Positions 1-9,452 of a stretch of DNA of 64,000 nucleotides are shown here, piece by piece. The translations under genes were made by a program, and so were the position numbers. Every line of letters starts with the position of its first letter. Within the stretch, counting starts at the first letter, position 1. Source of the stretch: Deltaproteobacteria bacterium (lineage in GTDB: Bacteria > Myxococcota_A > Polyangia > Fen-1088); the NCBI GenBank assembly GCA_033763315.1, contig JANRKS010000011.1:64001-128000 (forward strand), given 5' to 3'. The notes under the pieces were generated by a model. The model saw nothing but the letters and a program-made list of their open reading frames with translations, made no database searches and was not told where the DNA came from.

Positions 1-1
1 G

Positions 2-793
2 CTTACATGGATTGACGAATGGCAAACGATCCTTGTGCGCCCGGATTCGGGCATTCGGTCACCCGCAGAGCTTGAGGGCAAACGTTTGGCGCTGCCCGCT
101 TATAAGCGGGCCGACTTGATCGAAAACAAGCGCGGCCGTAGCATCGCCCGCGGCATGAGCTTGGCCGGTTACAAGGGCGCACTCGCGTCAGTGGGCTTGA
201 GCCTCGATGCCGTCAAGCTCGTGGAGGTTCCGAACGATGAGGGTGCAAGGGCCGAAGATGTTGGCCGGCTGTGGCAAGGCATCGAATGGCTGGCCGCTGG
301 GAAGCTCGACGCGGTGTACGTGAAGGGCGCCGCGGCCGTCGACGCCGCACGCCGCTTTGGCGTGGTCCCCGGCATCGAACTCGACAAGCTCCCAGAGAAG
401 CGCTTCCGCATCAACAACGGCACGCCGCGGCCCATCACGGTTCACGACAATCTCATCAACAACCACTTCGACTTGTTGGTGCGCTTCTTGGCGCAAACCC
501 TCCGCGCCGCCGACTGGGCGAAAAGCAACTTGCAAGGCGTCCACAACATCTTGAAGTCTGAAACGCGTGCGGGCAGCGAAGGGGTTGAAGAAGCCTACAA
601 AGATGGCTTCCATTTGCATTTGGCGCCCGATCTTTCCGACGAGCGCGTAGAGCTTTTCCGTCAACAGAAAGACTTCCAGTTGACGTACGGATTCCTCGAC
701 CAGGACTTCGATTACGACGCCTGGATCGATCGTCGTCCCTTGGAAGAGGCGCGCAAGCGGCTCGATGCCGCCAGTGCCAAAGCCGCCGCGTGA
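2..793 (+). CDS. DszB-like / SsuA-fold protein, 5'-partial
   Basis: Frame open from the window edge (LTWIDEWQTILVRPDSGI...). Shares LTWxDE, RxNNGxPR and W(I/V)D motifs with the paralog at 4933. Confidence 0.8.
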   Translation, partial: LTWIDEWQTILVRPDSGIRSPAELEGKRLALPAYKRADLIENKRGRSIARGMSLAGYKGALASVGLSLDAVKLVEVPNDEGARAEDVGRLWQGIEWLAAGKLDAVYVKGAAAVDAARRFGVVPGIELDKLPEKRFRINNGTPRPITVHDNLINNHFDLLVRFLAQTLRAADWAKSNLQGVHNILKSETRAGSEGVEEAYKDGFHLHLAPDLSDERVELFRQQKDFQLTYGFLDQDFDYDAWIDRRPLEEARKRLDAASAKAAA

Positions 794-901
794 GCCAGTG
801 CAGCGTGGGCACCACGCTCAAAGCACCTGTGCTCCGGTTTTCAGCAAAGGGCCGCGCGACGATCATCTACGGCAAACCGGTTGCTAGACTCGGCGCCCTT
901 C

Positions 902-2149
902 ATGTCGCCCTCGTCACTCATTGCGCGCTTTGCCGTCGGTCGGTTGTTCTCTGTTGTGGGCATGCAGATGGCCTTCATCACGGTGAGCTGGGACGTTTAC
1001 GATCGAACCAGGGATCCGTTTGTGCTGGGCCTCGTGGGCCTGGTGCAGTTGGTCCCGGTTCTCCTCTTCACTTTGCCCGCGGGCAACATCGCCGATCGGT
1101 ATCCGCGTCGCTATGTCGGGATCGCGGCACACACCTTGATGGCGTTGGCGCTTGTGGGGCTGGCCGTTGCCTCGCGGGCATCGGCGCCCATGTATGTGGT
1201 TTACACGCTGTTGTTTGCGGTCGGGCTTGCGCGGGCGTTTGCGTCTCCGTCGACGAACACGATTTTGCCGCAACTCATCCCCGCGGCCACGCTGAGCGGC
1301 GCGAACGCCTGGCTGTCTTCGTCATTCGAGCTTGGCGTCATCACCGGTCCCGCGTTGGGCGGCGCCTTGCTCGCGGCCACGCACCAACCCTTGGTTCCTT
1401 TCGCGTGCGGCGCGGTTGGTCAACTTGTGTTCATCGGTGTGTTGGCATCGATGCCGCCGCCACCGTCGGGCGTCCACGCGACGCAGGGGAAAAACGCCCG
1501 CGACGTGCTTGCAGGCCTGCGGTTCATTCGCAACACGCCCGTGTTCTTGGGCGCCATCACGCTTGATTTGTTCGCCGTTCTGTTCGGTGGCGCCGTGGCC
1601 CTTCTGCCCGTCTTCGCCCGCGACGTTCTGCACGTGGGCCCGTCAGCGTTAGGGTGGATGCGTGCCGCGCCCTCGGTGGGTGCGATGCTGATGTCGTTGC
1701 TTGCCACGCAGCTGTCACCGTGGCGTCGCCCGGGCCTCGTTCTTCTGCTTGTGGTGGCGGGCTTTGGCCTGGCGTCACTGGGTTTTGGTCTGTCGCGAAG
1801 CCTCGCACCCGCGCTGTTCTTCTTGTTCCTCACCGGGGTGTGCGATTCGATCAGCGTCGTGATCCGGCAAACGTTGGAGCAGGTGATGACGCCCGATGTT
1901 TTGCGCGGCCGTGTATCCGCCGTGCGTTTTGTGTTTATCGGTTTCTCCAACGAGCTCGGGGCCTTTGAAAGTGGCGTGACCGCCGCCGCCTTTGGCCCCG
2001 TGGGATCAGTGGTGTTCGGTGGCGTCGGCGCCCTGCTGGTGGTGTTCAGCGTCGCGAAGCTGTGGCCGCAACTTTTGGCTCTGGGGCCGCTGACGCACGC
2101 CGCGCCCCCACCCCAAGCTCCCCCAGAAGCTGCCCGCGGTATTCGCTGA
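902..2149 (+). CDS. MFS transporter (EntS/MFS_3-like)
   Basis: About 12 hydrophobic segments; GxIADRYPRR motif A; TPDVLRGRV C-half motif. ATG 902 preferred over TTG 881. Confidence 0.9.
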   Translation: MSPSSLIARFAVGRLFSVVGMQMAFITVSWDVYDRTRDPFVLGLVGLVQLVPVLLFTLPAGNIADRYPRRYVGIAAHTLMALALVGLAVASRASAPMYVVYTLLFAVGLARAFASPSTNTILPQLIPAATLSGANAWLSSSFELGVITGPALGGALLAATHQPLVPFACGAVGQLVFIGVLASMPPPPSGVHATQGKNARDVLAGLRFIRNTPVFLGAITLDLFAVLFGGAVALLPVFARDVLHVGPSALGWMRAAPSVGAMLMSLLATQLSPWRRPGLVLLLVVAGFGLASLGFGLSRSLAPALFFLFLTGVCDSISVVIRQTLEQVMTPDVLRGRVSAVRFVFIGFSNELGAFESGVTAAAFGPVGSVVFGGVGALLVVFSVAKLWPQLLALGPLTHAAPPPQAPPEAARGIR

Positions 2150-2873
2150 ACTTGGGGTCATTCCGATCGCGTCCCGCCGACGCGCCGATGTCGTCGATGT
2201 TCAAATCCAAAGCGAAGCGGCCTTGCCGCAGCAGCAAGATCCGATCCGCCAAGCGAATGGCTTCATCCACGTCGTGGGTTACCAGAAAAACGGCGGGGCG
2301 ATGCAAGCGCCGCAGATCTTCCACCATGTCCTGCATCTGCAAGCGTGTCAGAGCGTCGAGCGCCGCGAAGGGCTCGTCGAGCAGCAGCAGCTCCGGCTCA
2401 CGCACCAAGGCGCGCGCGAGGGCCACCCGTTGCGCCTCGCCTCCGGAGAGGGTCGCGGGCCACGCGCGCTCATGGGAGGCCAAGCCCACCTCAGCCAGAG
2501 CTTTTCGGGCCGCGGCCACATTCGCGGCGCTGCTCGCTTGCCCGATCATCACGTTTGCGAGCACACGCAGCGAGGGCACGAGGCGCGGCTCCTGGTAGAC
2601 AATCGTCCGGCGCTTTGGCACCAGCGCTTCGCCTGCGTTTTTGCGCTCAAGCCCACCCAGGATGCGCAGAAGCGTTGTTTTGCCGGTGCCGCTGGCACCC
2701 AGCAACGCCACGAAACTGCCCTGAGCGATCGTGAGATCAACGCCGTCGAGAACCACCTTGCTTCCGAACGCTTTGCGCAGGTTCCGTATGTGAACGGCGG
2801 CGGGTGGCGCTGGCAAGGACGCGGGCGTGACGTGAGGATCGAGAATCTGCGAACGGGCTGCGTTTTGAGTCAT
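2046..2873 (-). CDS. ssuB: ABC transporter ATP-binding subunit, SsuB/TauB-like
   Basis: Walker A GASGTGKT, LSGGE signature, LLLLDEPF, VTHD; ATGA overlap with the permease stop. Confidence 0.88.
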   Translation of the reverse strand: MTQNAARSQILDPHVTPASLPAPPAAVHIRNLRKAFGSKVVLDGVDLTIAQGSFVALLGASGTGKTTLLRILGGLERKNAGEALVPKRRTIVYQEPRLVPSLRVLANVMIGQASSAANVAAARKALAEVGLASHERAWPATLSGGEAQRVALARALVREPELLLLDEPFAALDALTRLQMQDMVEDLRRLHRPAVFLVTHDVDEAIRLADRILLLRQGRFALDLNIDDIGASAGRDRNDPKFSEYRGQLLGELGVGARRASAAPEPKVAATASRR

Positions 2874-3715
2874 CGGATGGTTATGTGGCGACGCCATGGC
2901 ATCGTTGTGCGTTCAAGGACACGAATGAAGGCATCGAAGGCCAAGCCCACGACGGCGTAAAGCACCACACACAGCAGCATGTAGTCCTGTCGATAATACT
3001 GTTTGGCAAGCAACACCAAGTAGCCAATGCCTTTCGTTGTGCCCACCTGCTCCGCAGCGATGAGGCCCACCACGCTGATGGCCAGGCAAATGCGCAGGGC
3101 CATCAGCAAGCTTGGCAGCGCGCCCGGCAGAATCACCTTCCACAAAAGGCCGGGGCCACGCAGTCCGAACCCGCGGGCGGCTTCTACCACTTTGCGGTCC
3201 ACGTTTCGCACGCCCAGATAGGAGTAGGCGTACATGGGAAAGGCGGATGCGGCAGCGATCAGAAAAATCTTGAACTGCTCATCAATGCCGAACCACGAGA
3301 TGAAAAGAGGAATCAAAGCCAAGAACGGCACCGCGCGCAGCATCTGCATCGTTGGGTCGATCAGCTCTTCACCCAGCGCTGTGAGGCCTGCGCTCACACC
3401 CAAGGTCAAGCCCAACGAAACGCCAATGGCCACCCCCGCACCGGCGCGCAGCAACGACGCGCTGATAAACTGGCGCAACTCACCCGTGCCGTAAAGCTCA
3501 ACAAGTGCGCGCCACACATCCGCGGGTGAAGCGAGCACCTCTGGCGAAATCACTTTCGTGGCCGTGCCTGCCCACCAAGCCACAAGCAGCAGCGAAGGGA
3601 CCAAAGCGCGAACCGCGATCGAAAGCGTGCGTTTGCGCGTGGTGATGCCCAAGAACTGCGGCGTTTCAAGGCCCACCGGCGCATCGTCCGGCGCTGTCGC
3701 AATCGCTATCGTCAT
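2870..3715 (-). CDS. ssuC: ABC transporter permease, SsuC/TauC-like
   Basis: EAARGFG (EAA) loop, LRAVPFLALIPLFISWFG, AAEQ...GIGY. Confidence 0.88.
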   Translation of the reverse strand: MTIAIATAPDDAPVGLETPQFLGITTRKRTLSIAVRALVPSLLLVAWWAGTATKVISPEVLASPADVWRALVELYGTGELRQFISASLLRAGAGVAIGVSLGLTLGVSAGLTALGEELIDPTMQMLRAVPFLALIPLFISWFGIDEQFKIFLIAAASAFPMYAYSYLGVRNVDRKVVEAARGFGLRGPGLLWKVILPGALPSLLMALRICLAISVVGLIAAEQVGTTKGIGYLVLLAKQYYRQDYMLLCVVLYAVVGLAFDAFIRVLERTTMPWRRHITIR

Positions 3716-4752
3716 AGCGAGGCCCTCGCGCCGCCCGCAGGCGCGTTCAGATCAAAAACAATGTCGTCCACCGTAATGTTGCGGTCGATTGACTTGTTCT
3801 CGAAGAACAGCTTCGCCACGTTTGCCACGCGCTGTTTGTCAGCTTCCGTGGGGATCCGTGGAGGCGTCAGCGCACGCGTGTCTTCGATGGCCAGACGTAG
3901 ATTGTCACCGGAGACGGCTGTGGGTCCCGTGTCGGTGAACACGTTCTGAAATTTTTCTGGCTCGCGCCGGGCAAGCTCTGTGAGGTCCTGCAATACCGAT
4001 AAGAAAACTTTCCAGGCGGCGGGGTTTTGAGCCAAACTTTCAGCGTTCGCGCTGTTCACACCGATGTCGTCTGATCCAATGTCTGCTTCAGCGGCTAACA
4101 CGTGGGCGCCATTCTTAACGGCGGTGTTGTAGAAAACACCAAACGTTGACCACGCGTCGATCTTGCCGGTCGCAAAAGCCGCGGCGGCCTCCGGAGGTTG
4201 AATCGGAACGCGGATCACTTGCTCGGCAGGAACGCCCGCATCTGCCAACGCTTTGAGCAGCATGTAATCACCGTGTGCCGCCAAGTTCACCGCCACGCGC
4301 TTTCCCACCAAGTCTTTGATTGTGCGTATATCGCTGCCGGCCGGGGCCAGAATGCCTGCTTGCCGCCCGAGGCCCGATCGGTCTGACACCGCGAAGATTC
4401 TGAACTTCAAGTTGTGCGCAAGCGCTCCGATAATCGGGCTGATGGCGGCAGAAGAGGCATTGATGGCCCCCGCATTCATGGCTTCAAAGTTCGCGCTGAA
4501 CGCCCCCGCCGCGGGCACCCATTCGATCTTGGCGTTCACTTTCGCTAAGGGCGCGTCCAACAATCCGTATCGTTTTGCATACGCCAGCGGGCCCGCGTTA
4601 CCGGGATCGGAGAAACGGATTACCAAGGGTGGTTGAGCGCCGTTTGTCACGGGGGCTGTCTTGCGCGTTCCCTTGCACGACGCCAGGCAGACGAGGAAGG
4701 AGAGGGCGGCAAACGAAGTGATGGTGAGAGTCTTGGGGCGATTGAAAGACAT
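3712..4752 (-). CDS. ssuA: Sulfonate-type ABC substrate-binding lipoprotein, SsuA-like
   Basis: Lipobox LASC; IRTIKDLVGKRVAV; AFATGKIDAW; first gene of the ABC operon. Confidence 0.8.
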   Translation of the reverse strand: MSFNRPKTLTITSFAALSFLVCLASCKGTRKTAPVTNGAQPPLVIRFSDPGNAGPLAYAKRYGLLDAPLAKVNAKIEWVPAAGAFSANFEAMNAGAINASSAAISPIIGALAHNLKFRIFAVSDRSGLGRQAGILAPAGSDIRTIKDLVGKRVAVNLAAHGDYMLLKALADAGVPAEQVIRVPIQPPEAAAAFATGKIDAWSTFGVFYNTAVKNGAHVLAAEADIGSDDIGVNSANAESLAQNPAAWKVFLSVLQDLTELARREPEKFQNVFTDTGPTAVSGDNLRLAIEDTRALTPPRIPTEADKQRVANVAKLFFENKSIDRNITVDDIVFDLNAPAGGARASL

Positions 4753-4768
4753 TTGGTTCCGCCCCTAA

Positions 4769-4785
4769 AGCAACTTCCGTGCACA
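4769..4785 (-). promoter_or_regulatory. Near-consensus sigma54 promoter for the ssuA-like operon
   Basis: Minus strand TGTGCACGGAAGTTGCT: TG instead of GG at -24, otherwise matching GCACG-N4-TTGCT. Confidence 0.45.
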
Positions 4786-4824
4786 CCCGTTCCGCCATCG
4801 TGGCCGCCACTGCTGGCTGGCAAG

Positions 4825-4872
4825 TGTTGAAGCCGCAGCAGTGCGACAGCAACTTGTGCTGGTCAAGCAGCA
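4825..4872. promoter_or_regulatory. Pair of TG(C/T)TGN-N4-GCAGCA boxes, putative bEBP enhancer
   Basis: TGTTGA-AGCC-GCAGCA (4825-4840) and TGCTGG-TCAA-GCAGCA (4857-4872), 32 bp apart, between divergent promoters. Confidence 0.6.
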
Positions 4873-4902
4873 GCGGCCTCCGCAAAGCCTTGCCGTTGTG
4901 CG

Positions 4903-4918
4903 TGGCACGGCCGATGCA
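4903..4918 (+). promoter_or_regulatory. Sigma54 -24/-12 promoter
   Basis: TGGCACGGCCGATGCA, GG-N10-GC, just upstream of ATG 4933. Confidence 0.8.
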
Positions 4919-4932
4919 CAAGGCGCCGGGCC

Positions 4933-6018
4933 ATGAGTCAAATCGACACCCTCTGGTATACCCGTTGCCCCGTTCCCACGCCGCTTGGCATTGCTGCCCA
5001 GCTCGGTTGGATCGAGGCGGAATTCGCTGCCGATGGCATCACTGTTCGCACCCTTCAAGACGAAGTGGATCCAAAGCTGCGCGAATCGCACTTTGATCAC
5101 AAGCTCGACAATTCCTTTCGTCAGGGTGGGAACATCCCGGCGATCTGGGCCCGCTCGCAAGGCAGGCAAACACGCGTCGTCGGCCTGACGTGGACCGATG
5201 AAGCGCAAGTCATCCTGGTGCTACCAGGGTCCAACATCAAGTCGGTTAAAGATCTCAAGGGCCGCCGCTTGGGCGTCGCCACGCGCCCGGCAGACATCAT
5301 CGATTTTTGGAAGGCCACCACCATCCGCGCTTATGTGGCGGCGTTGAAGCTCGAGGGCTTAAGCGAAGCGGACGTTGAGTTTGTGGAATTGCCCCGTGCT
5401 GAAGTCAGTTCCATTGCGGGCCCACGGCAAGCCGAGCCGGCCGGCACGTTCATAGAACAAAGCCTCGAAGCACAAGCGCTCTTGCGCGGTGAAGTCGACG
5501 CGATCTTCCACAAAGGCTCACGCGGCTTGGAGCTGGCTGACGCCTTAGGCGCGCGCATCGTGTACGACGTGGGCAAGCATCCCGATCCAAGTGTGCGCGT
5601 GAACAACGGCTCGCCCCGCACCCTCACCGTCGATGCGGGCCTCTTGCGAACGAACTTGCCGCTGGTGGTGCGGCTTGTAAAGCAGGTGCTGCTGGCGGGC
5701 CAGTGGGCGGAACAGCACCCGAAGGAGGCCGTGGCCTACGTGGCGCAAGAGACACGTTCTTCGCAAGACGCCGTGCTGCGCGCCTATGGCAAAGACGTGA
5801 ACCATCACTTGAAAACGGACGTACGTGAATCGTCCATCTCCGCGCTCTCGGACTTCAAAGACTTCCTGTTGAAGTGGAAGTTCATTCCCCATGATTTCGA
5901 CGTGGCGAGCTGGGTCGATCCCACGCCGTTCCGTTTGGCCCAACAGGAGCTCTTAGATGCTCGCGGCCGCACCCATCGTACGGCGCTCGAACCGCAGTGG
6001 TCGCCCTGGGTTGGGTAA
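4933..6018 (+). CDS. DszB-like (desulfinase-fold) cytoplasmic protein
   Basis: N-terminal YTRCPVPT, HFDH and FRQGGNIP motifs as in the DszB family; no signal peptide. Confidence 0.8.
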   Translation: MSQIDTLWYTRCPVPTPLGIAAQLGWIEAEFAADGITVRTLQDEVDPKLRESHFDHKLDNSFRQGGNIPAIWARSQGRQTRVVGLTWTDEAQVILVLPGSNIKSVKDLKGRRLGVATRPADIIDFWKATTIRAYVAALKLEGLSEADVEFVELPRAEVSSIAGPRQAEPAGTFIEQSLEAQALLRGEVDAIFHKGSRGLELADALGARIVYDVGKHPDPSVRVNNGSPRTLTVDAGLLRTNLPLVVRLVKQVLLAGQWAEQHPKEAVAYVAQETRSSQDAVLRAYGKDVNHHLKTDVRESSISALSDFKDFLLKWKFIPHDFDVASWVDPTPFRLAQQELLDARGRTHRTALEPQWSPWVG

Positions 6019-6067
6019 CCAGCGGGGACCGCTTCATAACAGCCACTCAATCGAAAAGGACAATCGC

Positions 6068-6799
6068 ATGTCATCAAACAACGGTGAAACCAAGAATCCA
6101 AGCCAAGCGCTGCTGCGCTTCGTTGAACAAGTGAAGAAGGACGTGGCCAAGGCCACCAAAATCCTGTGGGAAACGCGCACGCTCTCTGCGAGCCAAACGT
6201 TTCAAGCCTACCAGCGCGTGCCCGGTGAAGACATCTACGTCGCCGTCGGGTTTCCGAACGTGTGGGAGGACGGCGAAATCAAGGCGTCGGTGGCGGGGTT
6301 CGATGGCAGCACCTACTTGGGCAAGCCCCAGGGTGGGGCGGGGCGCTACACGAAGATCTTTGCAGCGTTTCCCCACGTCACCACCGTGATCCACGCGCAC
6401 ACGCCCGCGCTTGGCGCGTTTGCCAGTTCGCACACGCCGCTCACGATCAGGTACGTGCCGGTCACGCGCGAAACGGTGGCCAAGGAATTTCCGGTTTACG
6501 TCGATCGCCGCCAACCTGAGCAAGACTTCATCGTCGAACGTCTTCACGAAAATCCGCATCTTGAAGCTGTGGTGGAGGCGAACGGTGGCAGCACGTTCTG
6601 GGGCGACGGCGTTTTGCACGTGTCGCGCCGAATTGTGCTCATTGAAGAAGGCGCTCAATTTCAACTGCAAGCGCAGGCTTTCGGGGGCTCAAAGCCCTAC
6701 GGTGCGGGTGTGCTTGAGCAGCAGTGGAAGATGGGCCTTGTGCCGCGCGAATTGGCTGAGGCCGCGTTGGCCGCTGCCCGTTCATCGAACCCCTCGTGA
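6068..6799 (+). CDS. Class II aldolase/adducin-fold protein, atypical
   Basis: VIHAHTP motif; EANGG where the family usually has NHG; AAAGGA RBS. Confidence 0.75.
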   Translation: MSSNNGETKNPSQALLRFVEQVKKDVAKATKILWETRTLSASQTFQAYQRVPGEDIYVAVGFPNVWEDGEIKASVAGFDGSTYLGKPQGGAGRYTKIFAAFPHVTTVIHAHTPALGAFASSHTPLTIRYVPVTRETVAKEFPVYVDRRQPEQDFIVERLHENPHLEAVVEANGGSTFWGDGVLHVSRRIVLIEEGAQFQLQAQAFGGSKPYGAGVLEQQWKMGLVPRELAEAALAAARSSNPS

Positions 6800-6816
6800 C
6801 GGATCCAGGACGAATC

Positions 6817-7902
6817 ATGCCACTTCAATTTCATTGGCAGATCCCCACGCGGGGCGACGGACGGTACGGCAACGCTCAACCGGTTCGTCGCGGCGAGCGT
6901 ACGCCGGGGCAGGGCTCTCCCTATTCCCCCGGCGTCACAGATCCACGCGGTGACCGCTTTAACTTCTTCGATCACGTCCACCAAGTGGCGCGTGCCACGG
7001 AGCTTTCGGGTTTCGATGCCGCGGTGGTAAGGCACGATGTGGCCGGCGACGAATCGTGGATTGTGGCCGGTTACGTGGCGCGGGGCACGCGGCGGTTAAA
7101 GCTCATCACCGAGTTCGAGGCTTCCTGGGGATCCTCGGTGTATGCCGCGAAAAACGCGGTCAGTTTCTCGCGCTTTACCGGTGGGCGCTTCGGCTGGCAG
7201 CTTGTGCCGGGAGCGGGTGCGGCCACGCGTTTGTTGTGGGGTGATCCGCTGGAGGAGGGCGACGTGCTGCCACGCATTGCCGAGTTTTTAACTGTCTCGC
7301 GTGGCGTGATTGCGGGTTCGCCGTTCTCTTTCAAGGGCCGCTTTTTCGAGGTCAAAGATGGTGGCTTCACCGGGAGCTTGGGCGACCATGCAGCGCCCAC
7401 AGTCTTTTTAGTGGGCGAGTCGGAAGCCGCTCTTTCTCTTTCGGCTGAGCACGCGGATGTGCACGTATTCGAGGCGTCTTCGTTGTCTGCACTTCGCGGA
7501 CATATTCATAGCTTGCGCGTATTGGCAAAGCGGCATGGTCGTGAAGTGAAAGCGGCGGTGCGCGTAGACGTGCTCGGTCGAGAGACCGAGAGCGAGGCTT
7601 TGTTCGACGCCAACCGCTACGCCGCCCAAAGCGGCAACCAAAATGCTCCCCGGACGACCGCGGGTTTGTGGACGGGGCTGGGCACCGACGTCACGGGCGC
7701 GGCGGCCACGCTGGTGGGCAGCTACACCCAAGTGGCGCAGCGGCTCAGTGAATACGTTGAGGCCGGTGTGGAGGTGTTTCAACTGGCCGGCGTGCCGCAC
7801 TTGGAAGAAGCGTTTCGCGTCGGCGCACACATACTGCCGCTTGTCCGCGAGCGCGCAAAATCATCCGTTTCACAACCCGCAAGCCCAAGGACGTTGTCAT
7901 GA
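6817..7902 (+). CDS. LLM-class flavin-dependent oxidoreductase (divergent SsuD-like)
   Basis: FHWQIPTRGDG, ELSGFD, LVGSYxQVA, PHLEEAFRVG. Confidence 0.85.
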   Translation: MPLQFHWQIPTRGDGRYGNAQPVRRGERTPGQGSPYSPGVTDPRGDRFNFFDHVHQVARATELSGFDAAVVRHDVAGDESWIVAGYVARGTRRLKLITEFEASWGSSVYAAKNAVSFSRFTGGRFGWQLVPGAGAATRLLWGDPLEEGDVLPRIAEFLTVSRGVIAGSPFSFKGRFFEVKDGGFTGSLGDHAAPTVFLVGESEAALSLSAEHADVHVFEASSLSALRGHIHSLRVLAKRHGREVKAAVRVDVLGRETESEALFDANRYAAQSGNQNAPRTTAGLWTGLGTDVTGAAATLVGSYTQVAQRLSEYVEAGVEVFQLAGVPHLEEAFRVGAHILPLVRERAKSSVSQPASPRTLS

Positions 7903-9026
7903 GCATTGATGTATTCTGGCGCTTGCCCACGCACGGCGAACCCGCCGAAGTGCGCAGCGCGGTTCCTTATCGCGGCGATGAATTTCCCGGCCTAGAGGCC
8001 CACTGGTATAGCTATATCGATTACCTGGCTGAGATCGCTCACGCGGCTGAAATCTCGGGCTTTCAAGGCGGTTTGATTCCGTCGTTTCCGATGACCGACG
8101 AGCCGTGGGTGATCTCATCCGTCTTGGCACGCGAAACAAAAACCTTTCGCTTCATGATTCCGTTTCAACCTGGGTTCTTGAACCCCGTGACGGCAGCGCG
8201 CATGACGGCAAGCTTGCAGCGGGCCACACGAGGCCGCGCGCTTTACAACGTCATCACCGGCGGCGGCGGGCCTTCGCAGCTGTGGTGGGGCGATGCTACG
8301 GGCCACGACGACCGCTACGGACGCACCACTGAATTTTTGGATGTGGTGCGCGGCGTATGGAAGGGGGGACCTTTCACATACGAGGGCAAGTTCTACAAAA
8401 CCAAGGACGCAGGGTTGCCTCACCCGCTATCTGAAGAAGAGTTTCCCGAGATCTACTTCTCTGGCTCCTCCGATGCCGCGCTGACTTCAGCGTCAAAGCA
8501 CGCTGATTTTTACCTTACATGGCTTGAGCCCTTCGCGGCCCTACTCGAAAAATTTGGCCGCGTACGCGAGAAAACCGCCGCTGCGGGCCGTCAGATTCGC
8601 TGCGCCGTTCGCGTCGACATCATCGCGCGCCCCACAGAAGAAGAAGCGTGGCGCGAGATCGAACGGGGCTTCAACGGCGTTGAGAAAAGCGCCCTTGAAC
8701 GTTTCCTAAAAGCGCCGCAACCGGGGGATAGCGTGGGGGCCAACCGCCAGCGTGCGGGGCGTCCGCAAGTTGTGAACGGCTACAAGGATCTCATCATCGA
8801 ACCCAACGTGTGGTCAGGTTTCAACCTGCTGCGGGGCGGGCAAACGCAAGGGATCGTGGGCAGCTACGAAAACGTCGCCGAGCGCTTGGACGATTTGGTG
8901 AAGCTCGGTGCAGACGCATTCATCCTCGCAAGCACGCCTCATCTTGAAGAGGCCTACCGGGTCGGCGAGGAAGTGTTGCCGCTTGTGCGCGGGCACGAGG
9001 CATCCACGCTCAAGGCCGTGGGCTGA
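7899..9026 (+). CDS. LLM-class flavin-dependent monooxygenase, SsuD/MsuD-like
   Basis: VFWRLPTHG, YFSGSS, IVGSYENVA, PHLEEAYRVGEEVLP; ATGA coupling to the upstream gene. Confidence 0.9.
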   Translation: MSIDVFWRLPTHGEPAEVRSAVPYRGDEFPGLEAHWYSYIDYLAEIAHAAEISGFQGGLIPSFPMTDEPWVISSVLARETKTFRFMIPFQPGFLNPVTAARMTASLQRATRGRALYNVITGGGGPSQLWWGDATGHDDRYGRTTEFLDVVRGVWKGGPFTYEGKFYKTKDAGLPHPLSEEEFPEIYFSGSSDAALTSASKHADFYLTWLEPFAALLEKFGRVREKTAAAGRQIRCAVRVDIIARPTEEEAWREIERGFNGVEKSALERFLKAPQPGDSVGANRQRAGRPQVVNGYKDLIIEPNVWSGFNLLRGGQTQGIVGSYENVAERLDDLVKLGADAFILASTPHLEEAYRVGEEVLPLVRGHEASTLKAVG

Positions 9027-9044
9027 CCAACAAATCCACTGTGA

Positions 9045-9076
9045 GAAAGGCGGCGCCACCACCAGCGTCGCCTTTC
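9045..9076. terminator. Hairpin between convergent genes, probable bidirectional terminator
   Basis: GAAAGGCGGCGC-loop-GCGTCGCCTTTC, 12-bp stem with one G:T pair. Confidence 0.6.
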
Positions 9077-9097
9077 GTCGTTCGGCCTGACGCCAGG

Positions 9098-9418
9098 TCA
9101 GGCGGCCGCCAGGGCTGTCTTGGATTCAAGACGACGACTGAGAAGATCCTTTAATTTGGAGACCCCCAGCTTCCGCAGCAGCACCACAGGCCTGCCGGCT
9201 TCCTTGGCCAGCTTCCGTGTCTGAATCACGGCGAAATGGCTGTTGACGTCGGTGACGATGACCAGCACATCGGACCGTTCAACCAGGTTTTTCAGCCGGT
9301 GGTACGCGGGCCCGCTGGCCACGCCTGCATGTACTTCCAGCTCGTGCCCAGCATCATGCGCCACGTGGCGCAGCCGCTCCTCTAATCGATCCAATCCTCC
9401 AACGATACCGATATGCAT
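9098..9418 (-). CDS. DUF2325-like small protein (106 aa)
   Basis: MHIGIVGG...SDVLVIVTDVNSH...AKEAGRPVV; the ORF-track extension to 10021 is an antisense shadow. Confidence 0.8.
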   Translation of the reverse strand: MHIGIVGGLDRLEERLRHVAHDAGHELEVHAGVASGPAYHRLKNLVERSDVLVIVTDVNSHFAVIQTRKLAKEAGRPVVLLRKLGVSKLKDLLSRRLESKTALAAA

Positions 9419-9452
9419 TGTCTCTTCTGCCTTTCCGTCCAAACTTTCCGTC

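Noticed and set aside
4933-9026. Calling this a dibenzothiophene dszABC operon
   Set aside because: No DszC-type acyl-CoA-dehydrogenase-fold gene in the window, and the LLMs look SsuD-like; the substrate cannot be assigned.
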